From: Bryobacteraceae bacterium
GTDB lineage: Bacteria > Acidobacteriota > Terriglobia > Bryobacterales > Bryobacteraceae
DNA: 64,000 bases
Assembly: GCA_035542735.1 (NCBI GenBank)
Contig: DATKKV010000013.1
Span: 18,175-82,174 of the forward strand
Direction of reading: 5' to 3'
Shown here piece by piece: positions 39,990 to 49,039 of the stretch. Position 1 is the first letter of the stretch. Every line of letters starts with the position of its first letter. Made by a program: the position numbers and the translations under genes. Below the pieces are notes generated by a model that was not told the origin of the DNA, searched no databases, and worked only from the letters and a program-made list of their open reading frames with translations.

Positions 39990-41360
39990 CTACGCCTCGA
40001 AATTATATCCTTCCTCACCATGCATGCTGAGGTCGAGTCCTTCGATCTCCTGATCCTCGGAGGCGCGTACGCCTACCGTCAGATCGCAGATCTTCAAAAT
40101 CAGGAACGTTCCAACGACCGCCAGGCCGGCCGCAACCAGGCAACCGATCGCCTGATTCGCCACCTGTCCGGCGTTGCCGTCCACCCATCCTAGACCCTTG
40201 CCGTTCAGGACGTCGTTGATCTCCTTGGTGGCGAACACGCCGGTGAGCAGCGCGCCGAGCGTCCCGCCCGCGCCGTGGACGCCGAACGCATCGAGCGAAT
40301 CGTCGTAGCCGAATCTCTTCTTCACGGCGGTGGCCATCAGGAAGCAGAACACGCCGGCCGCCGCGCCAATCACCAGCGCCGGCATCGGCTTGACGAACCC
40401 GGAAGCAGGGGTGATGGCGACCAATCCCGCCACCGATCCGGAGATCGCGCCGAGGACGCTCGGCTTGCCAGTGTGCGCCCATTCGGCGACCATCCAGGAA
40501 AGAGCCGCGGCCGCGGCCGCGAAGTGAGTCGCGACAAACGCGCTGGTGGCCAGCGAAGATGCGGCCAGAGCCGATCCGGCGTTGAATCCGAACCAGCCCA
40601 CCCAGAGCAGGCAGGCGCCGACGGTGGATAAAACCATGCTGTGCGGACGCATCGGCTCATTGGGATAGCCCTTGCGCTTGCCCATGTAGAGCGCGCAGAC
40701 CAGCGCCGAAACGCCGGAGGTGATGTGCACCACCGTACCTCCGGCGAAGTCGAAACAGGGGATCTTTCCGCCCAAAGTTGCATTGAGAAATCCGCCCTTG
40801 CCCCACACCATGTGGGCCATGGGGAGGTAGACGATGAACATCCACAGCGTCATGAACAGCAGCATCGCGGTGAATTTCATGCGCTCGGCGAAAGCGCCGG
40901 AGATCAGCGCCGGGGTGATGATGGCGAACATCAGCTGATAAATCATGAACGTCTGCTGCGGAATCGTGCCGGCATAATCGGCATTCGGAGCGGAGCCGAC
41001 GTTGTGCAGGAACGCGTAGTTGAGCCCGCCCAAAAACGGCGTCGGACCTTCGCCAAACGCGAAACTATAGCCGACAATCGCCCAGATCACGGTCACCAGA
41101 GCCATCAGCACGAAGCTTTGCATCATGGTGCCGAGTACGTTCTTGCGCCGGACCAGGCCGCCGTAAAACAGCGCCAGGCCGGGGCCGGTCATCATCAGAA
41201 CCAAGGCGGCGCTGACCAGCATCCAGGCGTTGTCGCCCGCGCTTTGCGCGGCTTTGGACGCCTTATCCAGATCGCTGAGACGTTTCTCAAGATCGGCGGG
41301 CTGAGCCAACGCGAGCACGGGCAGGAGGAAAAACGGAATCGAGCGCAGAGCCAGTTTCAA
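39990..41360 (-). CDS. amt: ammonium transporter Amt
   Basis: TTG start with GGAG 7 nt upstream, a signal peptide, and WMLVSAALVLMMTGPGLALFYGGLVRRKN...DFAGGTVVHITSG. Confidence 0.95.
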   Translation of the reverse strand: MKLALRSIPFFLLPVLALAQPADLEKRLSDLDKASKAAQSAGDNAWMLVSAALVLMMTGPGLALFYGGLVRRKNVLGTMMQSFVLMALVTVIWAIVGYSFAFGEGPTPFLGGLNYAFLHNVGSAPNADYAGTIPQQTFMIYQLMFAIITPALISGAFAERMKFTAMLLFMTLWMFIVYLPMAHMVWGKGGFLNATLGGKIPCFDFAGGTVVHITSGVSALVCALYMGKRKGYPNEPMRPHSMVLSTVGACLLWVGWFGFNAGSALAASSLATSAFVATHFAAAAAALSWMVAEWAHTGKPSVLGAISGSVAGLVAITPASGFVKPMPALVIGAAAGVFCFLMATAVKKRFGYDDSLDAFGVHGAGGTLGALLTGVFATKEINDVLNGKGLGWVDGNAGQVANQAIGCLVAAGLAVVGTFLILKICDLTVGVRASEDQEIEGLDLSMHGEEGYNFEA

Positions 41361-41450
41361 AGCAGCACTCCAAAAAGGTAATTTCCTTAGTATAGGTGGA
41401 GTTCCGCCGGCGAGCCGGTTAAACCTTTTAATGGGTGCGATTCAAGTTTT

Positions 41451-41780
41451 CTATGGACGGGTGACGGTATCGATGCCTTCGAGACTGGCGACCGTCTTCG
41501 CCAGTGCGCTCTGCGGGAGATGAACGCCCAGCAAATACTTGCCGCCGGAGCGTTCCATCCGCTTGACGGTGGCCGAGCCCGAAAGATTGATGCGTTCGGC
41601 GCAGAACTGCAGCGGGCTGCCCGGGCGAACCGACTGCGTGGTTTCGATACGCAGACCATCCTCGGAGAGGTCAATGCAACGGCCGGCGCCAAAGCGCGGC
41701 GTCCCCTGTTCCTCCCAGGAAAACCGAATCGGACCCGTGTACGGAATGCGGCGGTGACGCCGGTGATTTTTTGTTGTCAT
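41451..41780 (-). CDS. PilZ domain protein (putative c-di-GMP receptor)
   Basis: RRHRRIP (RxxxR) and DLSEDGLRI (D/NxSxxG) motifs at PilZ spacing. Confidence 0.75.
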   Translation of the reverse strand: MTTKNHRRHRRIPYTGPIRFSWEEQGTPRFGAGRCIDLSEDGLRIETTQSVRPGSPLQFCAERINLSGSATVKRMERSGGKYLLGVHLPQSALAKTVASLEGIDTVTRP

Positions 41781-41888
41781 AACGGCTTCTAAGCGTCCCT
41801 GATGTGAAGCTATCCGATGGCAGCAGGTCTGTCTATCGGTAATTAGGACTAAGGCCCATGGACCTATGGTTGGAGTACCATTCTACTG

Positions 41889-43319
41889 ATGCCCTACGAG
41901 GATCCTCTCGACGAAAATCGGCGGTATTGGCTTGAAGACGACGACGGCGGCGGCTTTTTCGACGGCGGCGGAGATGACGGCGGCGGCTTCGACGATGACG
42001 GCGGCAACGGCGACGATGATGACGATCAACAGGGCGACGAGGATCAGGACGACGATCAGGGCGATCAGCAGGATGATCAACAGGGTGACGGCGGCGACGA
42101 TCAGGGCGGTGACGATCAGCGCGATGGCAATCGGGACGACAACGACCAGGATGACGACGCCTACTACGACGAGATCAACGATTCGTTTTCCGATCCCGAC
42201 GACCTAGTCGATCTCGATGAAGACACGGCACTTTCGGCCGAGGATTTCCCCAACGCCACCGAAGCGGACTTCGAGGACGACGACGGCAGTTGGAGCGAAT
42301 CGGACTACGCCGAGTCCGCCAAGGATCTATTCGGGGATCACGAGTTTTTCGGCGATACCCAAGCCACGCAACTCGCCGCACAGGGCTACCAGGAGTTCGC
42401 GGACCCCGGCTTCATACGCGGGATGGACTCGGTGGTGCCGGGCAGTGCCGATACGATCAACCTCTATGAGCGCGACGGCCGATTGCACGCCTTCGGATTC
42501 ATTGAAGCGGCGGCCTTGCAGTTGCTGATGGCCCGGTACACGGGCGTCGATTTCTCCAACATTGACGTCAGCGTGCCGCAAAAAGGCGAAATCGCGCCGC
42601 CGCAGCCGTTGCCCCCGGCGTTCGCCGCGATTGAACCGAAGGATGCCGTAGATCTGAGGAAATTCGCCACGCCGGTGGGGGATCAGGGGCAAACGTCCCG
42701 ATGTTCGGCCTTCGCCTGGACGCACGCCACCGAACTGGTGACCAACATCAAGACGGGCAACGCGCCTCGCCTTTCGCCGAGCTTCACCATGCTTGAATTC
42801 CAGCGAATGCAGGGCGACGCCAAGGATTATCAATACGCCTATTCAGGCGGCGACGGCACCACGGGCGGCCCTGATCCCGGGCGTCTGCTCACGGAGCAGG
42901 GTACGTGCCGTCAGGAACTGTGGCCGGACAACAGCGAAGTTCCGGTGACGTCCGAGCGCGTGCTCGCAGCGGACGCAACCAAACACGTTCTGCCGGCGGC
43001 GCCTCTGCCGATCTCTCTCGACGATGCGAAAAAAGTCCTGAGCGCGGGCTGTCCGGTGCATATTTCCATGAACACGGGGGAAGCGTTTTCCGACGTCGGC
43101 CGCGACGGCATGTTCAACGCCGCGGAAGCTCCCAGCGGACGCCACGGACGCCACGCCATGCTGATGGTGGGCTATACGGGCAACTTCTACATCATCAAGA
43201 ACTCCTGGGGCACTGACTGGGGTGACAAAGGATATTGTTATATTCCGAAGAAGGTTTTGGAAGACTCCGATCCGGAGCTGATCGCCGTGCTGGTGAAGAA
43301 AGAAGAGGAGCAGAAATGA
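41889..43319 (+). CDS. papain-like (C1 family) cysteine peptidase with an N-terminal ~130-aa poly-Asp/Gly/Gln tract; no signal peptide seen
   Basis: Catalytic motifs GDQGQTSRCSAFAW (Cys), GRHAMLMVGY (His) and IIKNSWGTDWGDKGYCYI (Asn-Ser-Trp-Gly). The N-terminus MPYEDPLDENRRYWLEDDDGGGFFDGGGDDGGGFDDDGGNGDDDDDQQGDEDQDDDQGDQQDDQQGD... has no hydrophobic segment. Confidence 0.8.
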   Translation: MPYEDPLDENRRYWLEDDDGGGFFDGGGDDGGGFDDDGGNGDDDDDQQGDEDQDDDQGDQQDDQQGDGGDDQGGDDQRDGNRDDNDQDDDAYYDEINDSFSDPDDLVDLDEDTALSAEDFPNATEADFEDDDGSWSESDYAESAKDLFGDHEFFGDTQATQLAAQGYQEFADPGFIRGMDSVVPGSADTINLYERDGRLHAFGFIEAAALQLLMARYTGVDFSNIDVSVPQKGEIAPPQPLPPAFAAIEPKDAVDLRKFATPVGDQGQTSRCSAFAWTHATELVTNIKTGNAPRLSPSFTMLEFQRMQGDAKDYQYAYSGGDGTTGGPDPGRLLTEQGTCRQELWPDNSEVPVTSERVLAADATKHVLPAAPLPISLDDAKKVLSAGCPVHISMNTGEAFSDVGRDGMFNAAEAPSGRHGRHAMLMVGYTGNFYIIKNSWGTDWGDKGYCYIPKKVLEDSDPELIAVLVKKEEEQK

Positions 43320-44329
43320 TCACACGCAGAAGGTTTGTTGCTACCGCAGCCGCAGCACCTGCAATCATCGCGGCGTCGAAGAGCGGCTCGAAGAATCCGA
43401 TGGTCGGCTCAGGCGAGTTTCAGTACGAAATGATCTCGGATTGGGGCGAGCTGCCGCCTGGCCTTAAGTACGGCAATACGCACGGCGTCTGCGAGGATTC
43501 GCAAGGCCATATCTACGTGCATCATACGGTGAACAAGACCAGCGAAAAGCACGACACGATGGTGGTGTTCGACGCCAAGGGAAAATTCGTGAAGAGCTGG
43601 GGCGCGGAGTTCGAGGGCGGCGCGCACGGACTGCATATTCACAAAGAAGGCAAGCAGGAGTTCCTCTACTTATGCGATACCAAGCGGGCCATCGTGGTGA
43701 AAACCACGCTTTCAGGCGAGGAAGTCTTCACGCTGCGTTACCCGAAGGAATCTAAGGAATACGGCGCCGCGCCGATCAAGTACAGCCCGACGAACCTGGC
43801 CATCGCGCCGAACGGCGATATCTATGTCGGCGACGGATACGGCTCCAGCTACATCAATCAATACAACTCGAAGGGCGAATATCTCCGCACCTTCGGCGGC
43901 AAAGGGAAAGATCCGGGCCAGCTCGATTGTCCGCACGGCATCACGGTGGATCTGCGCGGCAAGGAGCCGATGCTGCTGGTGGCCGACCGCGGCAACGCGC
44001 GGCTTCAGTATTTCACCCTGGACGGCAAGCATGTGAGCTTCGTCGGCGGGACGAACCTTCCCTGCCATTTCAGCGAGCGGAAGGGCGTGTTCGTGATCCC
44101 CGATCTGGGCGCGCGGGTGACGCTGCTGGGCAAGGACAACCAGGTGATCGAGCATCTGGGCGACGATTCGGCGAGCGATTGGAAAAAGACGCGTACGATG
44201 AGCCGGGACGCGTTCAAAGCCGGCAAGTTCGTGGCTCCGCACGGAGCCTGTTTCGATCACACGGGAAATATTTTCGTGGTGGAATGGGTCGAAGTCGGGC
44301 GGGTGACCAAGCTGAGGAAAGTTTCGTAG
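43316..44329 (+). CDS. Tat-signal NHL-repeat six-bladed beta-propeller protein
   Basis: Start trimmed to MITRRRFVATAAAAPAIIAAS (twin-arginine), with an ATGA overlap with the peptidase stop. NHL-like repeats (GDIYVGDGYGSSYINQYNSKGEYLRTFG, PHGITVD, LLVADRGNARLQYF). Confidence 0.7.
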   Translation: MITRRRFVATAAAAPAIIAASKSGSKNPMVGSGEFQYEMISDWGELPPGLKYGNTHGVCEDSQGHIYVHHTVNKTSEKHDTMVVFDAKGKFVKSWGAEFEGGAHGLHIHKEGKQEFLYLCDTKRAIVVKTTLSGEEVFTLRYPKESKEYGAAPIKYSPTNLAIAPNGDIYVGDGYGSSYINQYNSKGEYLRTFGGKGKDPGQLDCPHGITVDLRGKEPMLLVADRGNARLQYFTLDGKHVSFVGGTNLPCHFSERKGVFVIPDLGARVTLLGKDNQVIEHLGDDSASDWKKTRTMSRDAFKAGKFVAPHGACFDHTGNIFVVEWVEVGRVTKLRKVS

Positions 44330-44398
44330 TCCACTGTAGCCTACGGGCGCGGAAAATTCTTCCTCAATCTTCGCCGTCGCGCTGCCGATGAGCGTGTT

Positions 44399-45763
44399 GT
44401 GAGCAGTTCCACCATCACACCCATCTCCATGAATCTGACGGGGCAATACGCCACCAGTTTCCAGCAGATTCTGAACAAGGCGGTGCAGACGGCCGAAGTG
44501 CCATTGACCGAACTGCAGCAGGCGGACACGCAGGTTCTGGCGCAAGAGACTGCGCTGGGATCGCTGCAAAACGCGGTGGCGGCGGTGACCAGCAGCCTGA
44601 CGGCGCTGGCTAACGACGGATCGAGCGGGGCGATCGGCGCGACCAGTTCCAACACGTCAGCGGTGACGGTGACCGCTACCGGCGCCAGCCAGCCGGCCAC
44701 GTACACGATTAACTCGATCACGTCGACGGCAAAGGCGGCCTCGGAAACGTCGTTGATCAGCTATGTGGATTCGGCCTCGACACCGGTTTCCTCCACCGGG
44801 AACATGCAACTCTTGGTCGGCGCGCAGACATACAACTTCACCCTGGCCAACAACAACCTGAGCACGCTGGTCAGCCAGATCAACGGGCTGAACGCCGGCG
44901 TCACGGCCTCGATCCTGACGACGGCCGGCGGGAACTATCTATCGCTTTCGGCAAATTCCACGGGGGCGACCACGGTCCAGTTAAACGACGATCCGGCGGG
45001 AGCGAACAAGAACATCATCACGAGCAGCAATCAGGGCTCCAACGCCGTGTTCCAGTTGAATGGAATCACCATCAGCCAGGCCAGCAATACCGTCAACAGC
45101 GTGATTCCGGGATTGACGTTCAACATCGCCGGGACAACCAATATTCCCGTGACCATGACGCTGGCCAGCGATTCCTCCAAGCTCTCGAACGACCTGCAGA
45201 CGTTCGTCACCAACTACAACGCGCTGGTGACGGCGGTTCACGGACAGACAGGCGCGGGCGGCGGCGCACTGGTTGGCCATTCGATCATCAACCAACTGCA
45301 GCAGGCGATGCAGCGGATCACGTCGCATTTTTCGAGCACGACCGGAAGCGTCCAGAGCCTGGCCGACCTGGGCGTCACGTTCAACGGAACCGACGGATCG
45401 GCCACGTTCGATCCATCGGCGGTGTCGAGCATGGGAGCCAGCCAGCTGGGCGACGCATTGAAGTTCATTGGGTCCACCAGCACCGGCCTGGGGACGTTTT
45501 CGCAGACATTCGCGCAGTTCAGCGACCCGATCACAGGCCTGATCCAGACCGAAATCAAAGGCGCCACGACGCAGGATCAGCACCTGCAAAGCCAGATCTC
45601 GACCACCGTCAACAAGATCAACGCGTTTCAACAGACCATGGCCTCGCAGATCGAAAAAGCCGACACGCTGGAATCCGAGTACGAGTCGCAGCAGGCCGAA
45701 TTGACGGCCAGCATCCAGGGTCTTTCGCTGGTGCTGTACGGAAAGAATCAGATCGTCGCATGA
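44399..45763 (+). CDS. fliD: flagellar filament cap protein FliD (hook-associated protein 2)
   Basis: GTG start. N-terminal coiled coil with P.TELQ......AQETALGSLQNAV, central NAVFQLNGITISQASNTVNSVIPGLTFNI, C-terminal LADLGVTFNGTDGSATFD and a heptad-rich tail. Confidence 0.8.
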   Translation: MSSSTITPISMNLTGQYATSFQQILNKAVQTAEVPLTELQQADTQVLAQETALGSLQNAVAAVTSSLTALANDGSSGAIGATSSNTSAVTVTATGASQPATYTINSITSTAKAASETSLISYVDSASTPVSSTGNMQLLVGAQTYNFTLANNNLSTLVSQINGLNAGVTASILTTAGGNYLSLSANSTGATTVQLNDDPAGANKNIITSSNQGSNAVFQLNGITISQASNTVNSVIPGLTFNIAGTTNIPVTMTLASDSSKLSNDLQTFVTNYNALVTAVHGQTGAGGGALVGHSIINQLQQAMQRITSHFSSTTGSVQSLADLGVTFNGTDGSATFDPSAVSSMGASQLGDALKFIGSTSTGLGTFSQTFAQFSDPITGLIQTEIKGATTQDQHLQSQISTTVNKINAFQQTMASQIEKADTLESEYESQQAELTASIQGLSLVLYGKNQIVA

Positions 45764-46062
45764 GGCTCGGAGAATCGACACTGCTGATTCGCGCCGCAGC
45801 CGAGGCTCGGGATCTGGAGGCGTTGGAACTTGCCCGGCGGGAGCGTGATGCGGCCATCGCCTCGCTGGGCGGTCTGCCGCCATCCGAGGAATTACTAACG
45901 GCTCTCCGCGAGTCGCTGGCCGCCGGTGAGGAAGCCACGCGCGCGCTGCGGCTCATCAAGCAAAAGATTCGCCAGGAGAGTGGCCGCCTGGCGGCCATCG
46001 AAGCGGTGTTCTTGCGCGCGCTGAGGGAGCCGGAGGCCCGTCACATCGACTGCCAGGGCTAA
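45760..46062 (+). CDS. hypothetical 100-aa helical protein in the fliS/fliT position
   Basis: ATGA overlap with the fliD stop. Ala/Leu/Glu/Arg-rich helical sequence. It does not look like FliS. Confidence 0.45.
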   Translation: MRLGESTLLIRAAAEARDLEALELARRERDAAIASLGGLPPSEELLTALRESLAAGEEATRALRLIKQKIRQESGRLAAIEAVFLRALREPEARHIDCQG

Positions 46063-46072
46063 GTCGCTGACC

Positions 46073-46125
46073 GATCCCCGCCCTGACGTGCGGGGTTATC
46101 ACCCCCGCCGTCAGCCGGGGGATTC
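46073..46125. repeat. REP-like double-hairpin element, copy A
   Basis: GATCCCCGCCCTGACGTGCGGGGTTATCACCCCCGCCGTCAGCCGGGGGATTC: two inverted ~26-nt half-units around a GGGGTTATCACCCC core. Confidence 0.7.
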
Positions 46126-46174
46126 AGCTCAGTTGAACGTGGACCGGCGCTTGAGCTCGCGATAGACTGAAGTG

Positions 46175-47692
46175 ATGAGAACCTCCGGCTTGGCGGCGCT
46201 CTGCGCCATCGTCTTTACTAACGGACTCCTCGCCCAGGAGGCTCCGAAAACCGAACCTAAAGCTGACGCAGCGAAACCCACCGAGAAATCCTCTGTTACC
46301 GAACATACGATTCAGATCGGCGGCCAGACGATCGCCTACACGGCGACCGCGGGAACCATTCTGCTGAAGGACGAGAAAGGCGAGCCGACGGCCAGCGTGT
46401 TCTACACGGCGTACACGCGATCCGGCGATGCGGGCACGCGGCCGGTGACCTTTATCTACAACGGCGGACCCGGCGGCTCCTCCGCGCCGCAGCACATGGG
46501 CGCGTTTGGGCCGAAGCGGGTGATCACGCTCGATGCCGGTCCCACGCCTCCCTCGCCGTACAAGCTGGTGGACAACACCGCCGGATGCCTGCTCAGCGTC
46601 ACCGACGAAGTGTTCATCGATCCGGTGGGCACGGGTTTCAGTAAAGCGGTGGGGAAGGCCGAGGACAAGCAGTTCTGGGGCATCGACGAGGACGTCAATT
46701 CGCTGGCACAGTTCGTTACGAGCTACGTGACGCGCAATAATCGATGGAATTCGCCGAAGTTCCTGATCGGCGAAAGCTACGGTACATTCCGCAACGCCGC
46801 GCTGGTGAACCGCCTGCAGTCGCAGGGCATGGATTTCAACGGCGTGGTGATGATCTCCACCGTCCTCGATCTGCGCACGCTTGCCTTCGGGCCGGGCGAC
46901 GACCTACCCTACATCCTTTACCTGCCCAGCTACGCCGCGGCGGCGTGGTATCACAAGGCGCTGAAGAACCCGCCGGCCGATCTGACCGCATTCTTGAAAG
47001 ACGCGCGGCAGTTCGCGGCGGGCGAGTACGCGCAGGCCTTGCAGAAGGGCTCGAAGCTCGACGCGCAAGAGAAGGCGCGGGTGCTGAAGGAGCTCGTGCG
47101 CTTCACCGGCCTGAGCGAGGATTATCTGACGAAGGCCAACCTGCGCGTGAATGCGTTCCAATTCATGGCCGAGCTCCAGCGGTCGAGCGGCATGGTGACC
47201 GGACGGCTCGACGCGCGCTTTTCCGGCTACGCCTTCGACCGCTTGGGCGAAAACGCCCAGTACGATCCTATGTCCACGGCCGTGTTCGGAGCCTTCGTTG
47301 CCTCCTTCAACCGCTACATCCGCGAGGATTTGAAGTTCGGCCAGGATATGGACTACAAGCTCCTGAACGAGCAGGCGGGCGGCGGCTGGAACTGGAAGCG
47401 CAAGGTTCCTCTGTCGTTCTTCCCCGTCGCCCCGAACGTGGAGGGCGATCTGACGCAGGCCATGGTGAGCAATCCACATTTAAAGGTGGAGGTCGAGAAC
47501 GGGCTGTACGACTTCGCCACGCCGTTTTTTGGAGCCGAGTACACCATGGATCATCTGCCGCTGCCGGACAAGCTGCGAGGCAATATCCAGATGAAGTATT
47601 ACAACGCCGGGCACATGATGTATCTGCACGAAGCGGATCTGGACCAGCTGCGCGGCAACATCGCGGGCTTCATCCACGGCGCGGCGAATTAG
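46175..47692 (+). CDS. secreted S10-family serine carboxypeptidase
   Basis: Signal peptide MRTSGLAALCAIVFTNGLLAQ. Catalytic Ser in FLIGESYGTF. NGGPGGSS near the N-terminus. Confidence 0.85.
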   Translation: MRTSGLAALCAIVFTNGLLAQEAPKTEPKADAAKPTEKSSVTEHTIQIGGQTIAYTATAGTILLKDEKGEPTASVFYTAYTRSGDAGTRPVTFIYNGGPGGSSAPQHMGAFGPKRVITLDAGPTPPSPYKLVDNTAGCLLSVTDEVFIDPVGTGFSKAVGKAEDKQFWGIDEDVNSLAQFVTSYVTRNNRWNSPKFLIGESYGTFRNAALVNRLQSQGMDFNGVVMISTVLDLRTLAFGPGDDLPYILYLPSYAAAAWYHKALKNPPADLTAFLKDARQFAAGEYAQALQKGSKLDAQEKARVLKELVRFTGLSEDYLTKANLRVNAFQFMAELQRSSGMVTGRLDARFSGYAFDRLGENAQYDPMSTAVFGAFVASFNRYIREDLKFGQDMDYKLLNEQAGGGWNWKRKVPLSFFPVAPNVEGDLTQAMVSNPHLKVEVENGLYDFATPFFGAEYTMDHLPLPDKLRGNIQMKYYNAGHMMYLHEADLDQLRGNIAGFIHGAAN

Positions 47693-47695
47693 AGG

Positions 47696-49036
47696 CTACT
47701 GCCGCCAACCGCCGCGGCCCTGGGGCACTTGGACGCCTGTCTTCGCCTTTGGCTTCGCCGCGCCGAAGAAGAGCGTCACGTCGACCGTTTTCGTTCTTTC
47801 GTCGATGTGTTTTTCCGCCCGCGTTTCGCCCAGGTTCTCAAACACGCCGTCGTCGCGGAGCTGTTTCAAGAACTGGTCGGGATAATCGGGGTGGAACGGC
47901 GAGCCTGGATTCAGGCTCCACGCCTTGCGGATCTGCGGCTCCGTGAGCAGATCGAGCCCTTGGATGGTCAGCCTGCCGAAATGATACTGCGGACCCGCGT
48001 TTACCGTGATCAACGCGTCCACGGTGTGGTTTTCTTCGTGAATCGTGCGGTCGGTTTTCGCGGTCACCAGCAGATAGCCGTTGGCCTTCAGCCTGTCGAC
48101 AATACGGTTCGCGCCGGAGCGCACTTCGTCGAGGTTGGCGATGTCGCCTTTGCGCCACTTGCCGATGGATTTTAGGCCCTCCGCTTCGGACGCCGGCACG
48201 CCGACCACCTTGACCGTTCCAAGGTTGTATGATTCGCCCTCATTCACCGTGACGGTCACCGAAACGCCGTCAATTTTCGCGGCTTTCTCCACCGTGATTT
48301 TCGGGAACGTCACGCCGACTCGGCCGCGTGTTTCGTACAGCATGCGGATGCTCGCGTCGAGCAGCTCATGAATCGTTGCGTCGCTATACGGGACACCGAC
48401 CGCCACCGGCGCCAGCGAGTTTACCAGCGCGGACGTGGGCAGAACGTCGTTCCCCAGAAAATGCACCTCGGCGATGTTGGCCCGCGCACCGGGCGGGCGG
48501 AACACGATTTCCGGATGGTCCGGCACGTCCGAAATCAGCTTGCCGGTCACTTCGACTTTGCCACCCAGAAACTCTCGAATGGCGGCGGCGTATCGGGTGA
48601 TGACTTCCTTCGTCGCCGGGATGCGGTCGCCCAGAATTAACTCCTGTTTGCGTAACACCTCGCGCAGGGTCTGGTCGGACGCGGGTAGATCCTCAAACCG
48701 GTATGGAAACCAGTAGTCGACTTCGATGACGCGCAGCAGGCCGTCCACACCCTTGGCATCGGCGCTGGGCTTGAACTCATAGGCGACGCCTTGGAAGGCC
48801 CCAGTTGCCAGCAGACGGTTGCGAGCCTGATCGAAATCCGTGCGGATGACCGGCTCGCCGACTTTCAGCGCCGCGACGTTGAGAATCTGCTCGACCGTCA
48901 GCTTCTTGTTGCCCTCGACGCGCAGGGCTTCCAGGGGAAACACCGCCGCAGGAGGCTCGGGCTTTTTCCGCTGTTGTGCAAACAGGTGTGGTGCAAACAA
49001 GGCCGCCATCGCGACCAGCCCGACCGCCCACTTCAT
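47696..49036 (-). CDS. secreted multi-POTRA protein without an Omp85 barrel
   Basis: Signal peptide, then about five POTRA-like units (LEALRVEGNKKLTVEQILN..., IAEVHFLGNDVLPTSAL..., LGTVKVVGV..., FGRLTIQGLDLLTEPQIRKAW...). The protein ends at 446 aa with a Lys/Gly-rich tail and no barrel. Confidence 0.7.
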   Translation of the reverse strand: MKWAVGLVAMAALFAPHLFAQQRKKPEPPAAVFPLEALRVEGNKKLTVEQILNVAALKVGEPVIRTDFDQARNRLLATGAFQGVAYEFKPSADAKGVDGLLRVIEVDYWFPYRFEDLPASDQTLREVLRKQELILGDRIPATKEVITRYAAAIREFLGGKVEVTGKLISDVPDHPEIVFRPPGARANIAEVHFLGNDVLPTSALVNSLAPVAVGVPYSDATIHELLDASIRMLYETRGRVGVTFPKITVEKAAKIDGVSVTVTVNEGESYNLGTVKVVGVPASEAEGLKSIGKWRKGDIANLDEVRSGANRIVDRLKANGYLLVTAKTDRTIHEENHTVDALITVNAGPQYHFGRLTIQGLDLLTEPQIRKAWSLNPGSPFHPDYPDQFLKQLRDDGVFENLGETRAEKHIDERTKTVDVTLFFGAAKPKAKTGVQVPQGRGGWRQ

Positions 49037-49039
49037 CCC

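Noticed and set aside
41361-41450. Sigma-54 (TGGCAC-N5-TTGCA) promoter or NtrC sites upstream of amt
   Set aside because: No convincing -24/-12 match on the minus strand. Only a weak TATACT -10-like hexamer was seen, which is not enough to call.
41883-42080. 65-aa extremely hydrophobic Ile/Leu/Val/Ala peptide that looks like a membrane toxin
   Set aside because: It is the exact antisense mirror of the GAC/GAT/GGC acidic tract of the C1 peptidase (GTC/ATC/GCC codons). It is a compositional artefact, not independent evidence of a gene.
43712-45883. Minus-strand ORFs 43712..44569 (285 aa) and 44981..45883 (300 aa)
   Set aside because: They are antisense to the NHL and fliD genes and have no motifs; shadow ORFs.
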